The position numbers were made by a program, and so were the translations under genes. The notes under the pieces were generated by a model, which was given only the letters and a program-made list of their open reading frames with translations, had not been told where the DNA came from and did not search any database. A stretch of DNA of 55,397 bases, counting the filler, from Sphacelaria rigidula (taxonomy: Eukaryota), in the NCBI GenBank assembly GCA_964200075.2. It is 4 parts of 4 records of this genome, joined end to end, with 100 filler letters (N's around TTAATTAATTAA, not from the genome) between each part and the next. Parts side by side here need not be neighbours in the genome. Positions count along the whole stretch, not along the records: positions 41,625 to 55,397 come from CAXNAA020002679.1; 3 more parts are not named here. One strand, given 5' to 3'. Below, piece after piece: positions 46,005 to 55,397 of the stretch (its first letter is position 1; each line of letters opens with the position of its first letter).

Positions 46005-49000
46005 ACTTGAGTCACCGCGGGTTGTGGAAAAGTTGAACAGGGCGAACACTCGAGTCATCGTTCGTTGTGAAAAAGGAATCATGAGTCGAGCACACGAGTC
46101 ATCGCTCGTTGTGAAAAAAAATACATTACCCAAGCGCTCGAGTCGTTGCTCGTTAGAAAGGAGAATGTCTCGGGCACGTGACCCGTCGTGCGTTCAAGCC
46201 ACCGCTTGTTGTGAAAAACAGTACGTGACTCAAGAACACGAGTCGTTGCTCGTTGTGGAACAAAACAACAACATACTAATATCCGACTCATTGATCGTTT
46301 TCACAAAAAAGTAAAAGACTTTAGACTGCTGCCGAGATAGCCCCCCCCCGAACCGGCCAAAAACGTGCACGGAGACGATGATTGTAAATACCGTTAGAGC
46401 TGGTTTCGTGCTGGACGACGGGACTCATTTGGGCGTTATGTCATTATTCGGACTGCTACACGCCTCTCATGTGGGCGAAAGTGCCGCAAACGAGCCCAAT
46501 AGTGGTATCGCAGCTGGGTTCTCGGACGGACTTCGGTGCACTTTTTGTGGGGAGGCTATCTCGGCATTAGTCTTGAGAACACGACTAGTCGCTTCTTGTG
46601 AAAAAAAAATACACTCTGGAACAGTAGTCATAACCCACTGCGAAAACATAACCTCGAGCACACGAGTCATTGCTTGTTGTGACAAATAATACGTGATCCT
46701 AGAACACGGGTCATTGTTAGCTATACAGAAGACACATGACTGGCGTGCAAGATTCATCGATCTTTGTAAATAAAAACAATGACTTAAGCGCACGAGTCAT
46801 TGCTCGTGGTGAACAAAGACGAAGACTTAGGAACACCCGAGTAATCGCTCGTTATGACAAAAAATATACTCTAGAATACGAGTAATCGCTCGTTGTGACA
46901 TAAACAAGATGACTGAAATGCACGAGTCGTTGCTCGTTGTGCCGAAAAATCAATACTCGAACACCCGAGTCGATGCTTTGTGACAAAAAACTGAAGGACT
47001 CTAGAACACGACTAGTCGATCGTTGTGAAAAACAATATACTCTGGAACATTAGTCATTGCTCGTTGCGAAAGCAAAACCTTTAGCACACGAGTCGTTGCT
47101 AAGTGTGACCAATAATACATGACCCTGGGACACGGGTCATAGTTGTGACAGAAAATACGTGACTGGAGTGCAAGATTCATCGATCTTTGTGAAAAAAAAT
47201 GATGGCTTAAGCGCACGAGTCATTGCTCGTAGTTAACAAAGACGGAGACTCGAACACCCGAGTCATTGCTCGTTGTGACAAACAATATACTCTAGAACAC
47301 GAGTCATCGCTCGTTGCGAAAAACACACTCTCGAGCACACGAGTCATTGCTCGTTGTGACCAATAACACATGACCTAGAACACGGGTCATTGTTAGTTGT
47401 AACAAACAAAACACCTGACCGGAGCACAAAAGTCATCGATCTTTGTGGAGAAAAGGAATGATTCAAGCGCACCAGTCATTGCTCGTTGTGAACAAAACAT
47501 TATGACTCAAGCACCCGAGTCATTGCTCGTTGTGACAAAAACTACTCTAAAACACGAGTTATCGCTGGTGGCGAAATCAAATAATCTCGAGCACACGAGT
47601 CATTGCTCCTTGTGACCAATAACACATGACCCTAGAACACGGGTTGTTGCTGATCGTGTAAAAAAACAAGAACTCGCACACCCGAGTACTTGCTCGTTGT
47701 GAACAAAACATCATGACTCGAGCACCCGAGTCATTGCTCTTTGTGATACATGACCCTAGAACACGGGTCGTTGCTGATCGTGTAAAAAGACAAGAACTCG
47801 CACACCCGAGTAATTGCTCGTTGTGAACAAAACATCATGACTCGAGCACCCGAGTCATTGCTCTTTGTGACAAAAACAATAGGACTCTAGAACACGGGTC
47901 ATTGCTCGTTGTGGAAAAAAAGCATGACCTGAACACCCGAGTCATTGCTTACTGTGATGAAACCTATACTCCGAAACACGAGTCATCGCTCGTCGCGGAA
48001 ACAAAATATATCGAGTCCACGAGTCCTTGATCCTTGTGACCAACAACAAATGACCTACAACACGGGTCATTCTCAGTTGAGACAAACAGATACACGACTG
48101 GAGTTAAAGAGTCATTGATCTTCGTGACGAGAAATAATGACTTGAGCGCACGAGTTATTGCTCGTTGAGAACAAATCATCAGGACTCGAGCACCCGAGTC
48201 ATTGGGCGTTGTGACAAACACAATAGGACTCTAGAACACGGTCATTGCTCGTTGTGGAAAACAATCATGACCCGAACACCCGAGTCATTGCTTCCTGTGA
48301 CAAATACTATATTGCGGAACAGGAGTCATCGCTCGTTGCGGAAACAAAAACTTTCGAGCATACGAGTGCTCGCTCGTTGTGACCAATAACACATGGCCAT
48401 AGAACACGGGTCATTCTCAGTTGTGACAAAACAAAACGCCTGTCTGGAGCACAAGAGTCATCGATATTTGTGGCGAAGCACAATGGCTCAAGCGCATCAG
48501 TCATTCCTCGTTGTTGACAAAACATCAGGACTCGAGCGCCCGGGTCATTGGTCGTTGCGACAAATATACATACTCTAGGACACGAGTCATCGCTCGTGGC
48601 GAAATCAAGTAATCTCGAGCACACGGGTCATTGCTCGTTTTGACCAACAACACATGACCCTACAACACCGGTCATTGTTAGTTGTGATAAGAAAAAAGAA
48701 GACTCGAACACCCGGGTCATTGGTTGTTGTGACGAACAATACACTTTGGAACACGGGTCATTGCTCGTTGGGACATACACAGAATATCTGAATCGCACGA
48801 GTCATTGCTCGTTGTGACCAATGATAAATGATCCTACAACACGGGTCATTGCTCGTTGTGACCAAAAATACACTCTGGAACACGAGTCAATGCTCGTTGG
48901 AACATACACGAATGACTGAAACGCACGAGTCCTTGCTCGTTGTGAAAGCAAGAAATCAAGACCCGAACACCCGAGTCATTGCTCGTTGTGACAAAAACAG

Positions 49001-50680
49001 TATACTCAGAAACACGAATCATCTCTTGTTACGAAAACAAAATATCTCGACCACACGAGTCATTACTCGTTGTGACCAATAACACATGACCATACAACAC
49101 GGGTCATTGTTAGTTGTGGCAAACCAAAACACCTGACTGGAGCACAAGAGTCATCGATCTTCGTGGCGAAAAATAATGACTCGAGCGCACCAGTCATTCC
49201 TCGTCGTTGACAAAACATCAGGACTCGAGCGCCCGGGTCATTGGTCGTTGTGACAAAAATACATACTTTCCGACACGAATCATCGCTCGTGGCGAAATCA
49301 AGTAATCTCGAGCACACGAGTCATTGCTCATTGTGACCAATAATACATAACCCTACAACACGGGTCATTGTTAGTTGTGAAGAAAAAAAAAAAAGACTCG
49401 AACACCCGGGACATTGCTCGTTGTGACGAAAAATACACTCTGGAACACGAGTCATTGCTCGTTGGGACATACATGGAATGACTGAAACGCACGAGTCATT
49501 GCTCGTTGTGGAAAACAAGAAACCAAGACCCGAACACCCGAGTCATTGCTCGTTGTGACAAAAGCAATAAACTCCGAAACACGAGTCATCTCTTGTTACG
49601 AAAACAAAAACGCTCGACCACACGAGTCATTACTCGTTGTGACCAATAATACATGACCCTACAACACGGGTCATTCTCAGTTGTGACAAACACATACACG
49701 ACTGGAGTTAAAGAGTCATTGATCTTCGTGACGAGAAATAATGACTTGGGCGCACGAGTTCTTGCTCGTTGAGAACAAATCATCAGGACTCGAGCACCCG
49801 AGTCATTGCTCTTTGTGATCAAAACAATAGAACTCTAGAACACGGTCATTGCTCGTTGTGGAAAACAATCATGACCCGAACACCCGAGTCATTGCTTCCT
49901 GTGACAAATACTATACTCCGGAACACGAGTCATCGCTCGTTGCGAAAACAAGAGCACTCGAGCACACGAGTGCTCGCTCGTTGTGACCAATAACACATGG
50001 CCATAGAACACGGGCCATTGTTAGTTGTGACAAAACAAAACGCCTGTCTGGAACACAAGAGTCATCGATATTTGTGGCGAAGCACAATGACTCAAGTGCA
50101 CCAGTCATTCCTCGTTGTTGACAAAACATCAGGACTCGAGCGCCCGGGTCATTGGTCGTTGCGACAAATATACATACTCTAGGACACGAGTCATCGCTCG
50201 TGGCGAAATCAAGTAATCTCGAGCACACGAGTCATTGCTCGTTTTGACCAATAATACATAACCCTACAACACCGGTCATTGGTAATTGTGAAAGAAAAAA
50301 GAAGACTCAAACACCCGGGTCATTGGTCGTTGTGACGAACAATACACTTTGGAACACGAGTCATTGCTCGTTGGGACATACACGGAATATCTGAATCGCA
50401 CGAGTCATTGCTCGTTGTGAAAACAAGAAACCGAGACCCGAACACCCGAGTCATTGCTCGTTGTGACAAAAACAATACACTCCGAAACACGAGTCATCTC
50501 TTGTCACGAAAACAAAATATATCGAGCACGCGAGTCCTTGCTCGTTGTGACCAATAACACTTGGCCATGGAACATGAGTCATTCTCAGTTGTGACAAACA
50601 AATACAGGAGGGAGTAAAAGAGTCATCGATCTTTGTGACGAAAAATAATGACTTGAGCGCACGAGTAATTGCTCGTTGTG
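46005..50680 (+). repeat. Satellite-like array of ~40-43-bp monomers (about 100 units) with higher-order repeats
   Basis: The core cacgagtcattgctcgttgtga recurs every ~42 bp (e.g. 47217, 47260, 47301, 47341), separated by A-rich variable linkers. The block from ~47960 is duplicated ~1604 bp downstream. Confidence 0.95.
46323..46573. mobile_element. ~250-bp MITE inserted in the array
   Basis: agactgctgccgagatagccccccc versus ggggaggctatctcggcattagtct: a 25-bp inverted repeat with 3 mismatches that splits one monomer (gact..|..agaacacg). Confidence 0.75.
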
Positions 50681-53600
50681 AAGTCCTCCTGCGGAGTTTT
50701 GGGGGGGAAGATACTTTCGCTCTGTGCTACTCTTTCGTATCTTCCCTGCAATAGAAAAATGTGACTTGAGCCCCATTTTAGTGTTGAACCCCAAAATTTA
50801 AAATCGGCTGTTCTGTGTTGTTGTGTACACACATGCGCTACTCAAGCCCCATGTACCGCAGAGAGGTCAACAAGGTGAAATTGTTCGTGTTTTTTCATGC
50901 TGAGGCCCGTTCTGGGCTTCATTTCCCTCCGCCAGCTGGTTACAGGCCAGAACAGTACAGTATATCGATGAAATTTTGATATTTTCAAAAGCACCGTGTC
51001 ACCATGACAAATCAACCTTACGGCACACCTTCGAAAGGGGGCGGTGCTCTAGCACACGGGGTCGCACACGCAAGAGAGATACCACTTTACGTTAGCTGTC
51101 CTATGTTCGATGTGTATAGTGCTTAGACGTCTTCGCCATTGCATCTCTAAATCATTTCTGGCGCAGCACCGACTGTATCTTTACCGCAAGATGCGCCGAT
51201 CCTGGCGAGGCGGTGGGCATCGCGTGAGCACTGTCTAAACAGCACCGATCAACACGAGCTATCAAGAACAAAAGCACGACGGCCAACAATAAGGAGCCAG
51301 CAGTATTGATGCCGATACAATCCTTTTCTCGGGGTCGTGCCGCATGAAACAACGCACAATGGCGACGATAGCACCGTCTTATCTCATGCCCGGCGCGTAT
51401 CCAAAGGTGTGGTAGGTACAGGAGGAGGAGCAAGTGGGGCGCAGATGGAGACTGCAACGCCAACCCCGGCCACCACGACCATGCCACAGGCATAACGCTG
51501 CTCATAGCCAATGTTTGGTGCATCAATCCCTATACAGAAAGACAAAGCACTCCTTATGAGATCGTTGTTGTCCTGGATACCATCTATCCGCAGCACGGTC
51601 CTGTGATGCGGCTGCGGGCGGCAGAAGGCCGGTGAACACGAGTGTGACGGAGTCCATACTAAAATCAAGTTTGCGTTATGAAATGCGTTATGAAACGTAG
51701 AGGGTCTGGTAATAATTTAAATTAAATTACTTGAAATTAGTGTTTGCGTTATGAAATTCGGCCCGTACCCATGGACCCACCGCCTACTGTTGCTACGTCG
51801 CGGTAGATAGCGTTCTGTTTTTATACTTATTACATATGGTCCCTTCTTTTCGGATGCCGTCCCGTCGATCAGTTTTTGGCATATGACAGTTCTTTATGTT
51901 CGGCTGACGACGCATACGCGACACTGCCGTTTGGCGCACCGCGGCACTGCCGCTGCATCACTCCGGTCGCTTGTGTTCGGTGTATTGAATCCATCAGTCA
52001 TATCACACCACATTTCAGTACTCCTACATATATACATATATGTATACATATTTTATTTCCGATCACGTCGTGGAGTGTTGCAATCGGCTACTATGTAATG
52101 CGAGGTCATCATATCTTTGTATTTTTTGCGTTGGGCTGTCAGTTTGTGTTTGTGTTTTTTTGTCGTTATTTTGTTCTCATCTTTGTTGTTTTCCGTTTGT
52201 TCTTGCTGTCGCGGTTTGTCGTTGTTGATGATGTTGTTGCTTTTGCTGTTATCGCTGCCCCCTTTCTTTCCTTTCTGAGGCCGTTGCCTCTGTCTTTTTC
52301 TGTTATGTTATTTCTTTTTTCTTTCACCATGTTTTTTTTCAATCAATAGACCTCCGGAACTGCAGGGAAAAATTTCATATTGCGCCCACCTCCAACGAAT
52401 ACAAAACTGCTGTGTGTGGTACTGAGCTACAACTGTAACCAGGGCAGACACGCAATAAATACGGTTTACATTACACACGTCATTGGGCGCCATTACACCC
52501 GCCCCCAGCTCTTGACTGCAGGGGTTTTCCAGCCTGTTTCTGAACTTCCTCGCTGGTGGATACACCCGCCCATCCAGGCCGTACCCACCCCCACCTGCCG
52601 CTTGTCACGATATCATAATAGTATGCTCTCCCTTTTTCAAAAGGGGATTTCCTTGGGGGGGGGGGGGGGGGGGGATCGCAGCGACCAATTACCGGTCGTT
52701 TTTGAAAAGGGGAATTTTGAAAAAGGTGATTATCCCCTTCGTTAAGAAGGGTTCTAACACAGAATCGAGCCTTTTAGAGCGGGACGGAATACAATACGGC
52801 GCGCGTTTGTGCGACTTTGCACGGATTGCTATTATCCATGGGATATCTCGGTAAGGATCAATGAATATTGTAAACCAGTTTAAGATAGGAAGCAGCTTAC
52901 GTCGGGGTCTGATGCAGGCGTAGTGGTTGCGAAGGTAGTATTTTTGTTAGGTGCGGTTCATAATTGCAGATTCTTGCCCGCCGACCCCCTTGCGTTTTCC
53001 GATTCCTAATTATTATACAACCCTTTTGATTCAGCACAAGTGCTTGCCCGTAAAATCTTGAATTTTTGAAAACAACCGAGCCTGATAATATAAACTACGA
53101 CATATTTTTCGTTTGTTGCGCCCTGTCGTTCTTGCCACCTGGCAGTCTTAAACGACGTGGGAGAGACTTTGTCGGCGCGCAACACGTATGACAAGCTCTA
53201 CATGTTCATGGGGATCATTGAGTCTATCCAAGAGAGGATGAAGAAGCAAGATATCGGAGCAGACGCGGTTGCGAAGGAGTTCTTGAACGTGAACACGAAT
53301 CATTATTTATGTAGTTGACTCCGCTGCTGTTCGCAGGATGTATCCGCACATTTTTTATTACCTGACGAAATGCCTGGATTTGATTCGAGACAATTTCGAT
53401 CGGCGACGTCGAGGAGGGTCCGATCAACTTTCCAGAGTTGCCATCGAAGAACCTATTTTATAATTCGCCAACCGGCACTTCCTACCGACATCAAAATTAT
53501 GATTATATCGGTCCAAAGACCGACCGCCGCCATATAGTGTTGTATTCACACACACACACGATCATTTCGAAACCCTAAAAACAACCAGCCACACGACACT

Positions 53601-53772
53601 CACGTCTTGTTTCTCACGTCGTTCATTACACTTTGTATTGTCCTCTGGTACGTGGCAAAATACGAGGGGAAAACACAACATGGCGTCTTCGCTGTTCGTA
53701 TTGTCACCAGATGAGCCCTCCTGAACAATACAAACGATCCACTTGTATCTTCCTGTCATATGTTTTCATTCG

Positions 53773-55178
53773 AGGCGCGGCGAGAGTAGCAATTCCCGCC
53801 ACCGATGAAGATGGCCCTACCTTCTTCATATGCGGGGCTATCCTGACAACAGAACGTGCCAAACTACCGCGGGTATAGATTTGTTTCGTTTACGATCCTC
53901 GATCCTACCCCCCCCCTCATGCATAATGACAATCTGTAAAACAAACGTACAATTTTGTCCTGTATTGCGTTCCGAGTATGTCGTCTTGGATTGGGTTTTC
54001 CACGGCTTACTGCTGGCGCACGGTGCAGTACAGTACTTGCGATTCATTTCGGCAGAGAAGAGACGGAGATACCTTGGATGCCCCCTACTCGTATGCCAAT
54101 GCAAAAAAAAAATCCACGTCAAGAACTCCGGGTTTTGCACATCTTACACCGATGAGAAATTGGGTTTAGACATTTATATACTAAAATCGGGTCGAACATA
54201 AATCGCCGAGTCTCGCTTTCTACAGTGTATCTTATGCCGACTTCGTGATCGATGATATGTAATCTCAGCATCCTCGTCTACGCCTCTTTTGCCCCCCGAA
54301 ACTGCCAGGTGGGCATACAGCCCACCTCGCTGTCGTCACTGCGGATGTGGAAGAAGGCATGCCTGGCGACGTCACAGGAACCCCTGAGGGCCATCGCGTG
54401 GGCGTTTCGGTGCGAGGATCCCACCGTCGACCCCGGGTTCATCTCTCTGTCATATCTCAAGAGCGAGCATTTTGGTAACATGAAAAACAACCCCGTGGCC
54501 CAGGCACTCGCGATCAACATGCTAGCCAGGTACATACAGCCGATATCGATATCGGCTCGAGATACCCATAATCTTTATCGCACCGTGTGCCAAAATGAGG
54601 CGTACGACGTAGCGAGATAAGAAGCGTAGTCGTACCTCTCGGTGAGTCGACGCCGCTTGTTGTCCACAGGTTCTACAAATCGAACAAGACGGCGCCGCAG
54701 ACGAAGGATTAGGAGGGGATTTCCTCAAACGCACACACAGCCGCAACCCTGCTGAGGCGAATCGAGAGTCACGTCCCTCGTCAGGCATGGATCGATATTT
54801 TCGATAGGTGAGCGCGAACAAGTTGTAGCATGTGACTCGACAGGTTTAAAACGCGACAAGTGTTGCGGCCACTTCGCCGGCAGAGACGGCCGTGTGTGTG
54901 ACAAGTAAATGTGATCGGCCGACAGTATGTCTGTTTTTAGACCTTGCCCCCGTTTGATGTGCTTGGGTCCAATCGGTGCGAGCAGTGAAGTTTACACAAT
55001 GATGCGCGGTGAGTATGGTGCGGAGAACTTCCAGCTGTATGTCGCGGACTACATCAACTCAGTGGACGAAACCGTAGACAGAACTAGGGCAAGTCTGCCG
55101 GAACAAGAAAGGGGCGGAGCAGCCATGCTGACATTCGAGGATGTCTGTCGGGGCAAGCTCCCACGGCGGCTAGACCTG
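53773..55178 (+). CDS. Spliced gene or pseudogene of unknown function (internal exons)
   Basis: Phase-consistent GT-AG exons ~53773-53872 (tentative), 54309-54529, 54670-54807 (in-frame TAG at 54710) and 54986-55178. Protein-like text VGIQPTSLSSLRMWKKAC...ALAINMLA and EVYTMMRGEYGAENFQLYVADYINSV. Confidence 0.6.
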
Positions 55179-55397
55179 GTGAGTCACTGAAGCCCAGAGT
55201 TCCGGGTCCCCCCTATAACGATTTGAACATCACGCTATGTCTCGGTTGCGAAACCGCCTGAAAGGCATGGGTGAAGGGTCGCTTCGGTATATTGCCGTGA
55301 CGAGTCACCTTACAATAAGGGGGGGGGGGGGGGGGGCTCACATTTTTGTAGTATTAAATTAGTCGTCCATATTAAACCCCCTAGCCGCTGTACATAG

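Noticed and set aside
46005-50680. CRISPR array
   Set aside because: The spacers are short, A-rich, mutually related and recur in higher-order blocks. The repeats are degenerate, no cas genes are present and the context is eukaryotic.
46079-50794. Numerous 60-108 aa ORFs (TRV/HES/VIAR motifs) as genes
   Set aside because: They are translations of the satellite monomer in several frames on both strands.
51876-52349. 157-aa hydrophobic membrane-protein ORF
   Set aside because: Arises from T-rich low-complexity sequence (F/V/L bias) with no splice or domain support.

Overview
Eukaryotic, intron-rich, repeat-rich DNA, most likely brown alga (Phaeophyceae), inferred from the long GT-AG introns and the SINE/LINE/MITE families. 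The window is not one locus. It is four near-equal blocks (1-13776, 13877-27650, 27751-41524, 41625-55397) joined by artificial 100-bp N-TTAATTAATTAA-N linkers. Block 1 holds a spliced minus-strand gene for a lipoyl-domain-like protein that lacks the lipoyl lysine, plus a SINE, MITEs and minisatellites. Block 2 holds a PAP2/LPP-epsilon-like lipid phosphate phosphatase converging on a multi-exon CCDC180-like ciliary gene whose introns carry a LINE remnant and inverted-repeat elements. Block 3 holds a ~6-kb intronless, frameshifted Academ(X)-type transposon (DDE transposase, XPG/FEN1-like nuclease, Cys8 finger) and the spliced 3' part of a hAT transposase. Block 4 holds a degenerate, spliced Sola-like transposase abutting a ~4.7-kb array of ~42-bp hairpin-forming monomers with higher-order structure, and an unknown spliced gene with a stop-containing exon. 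The best leads are the Academ element, the lysine-less lipoyl domain and the transposase-linked hairpin array. All family calls come from motif recognition by eye; no searches were run.
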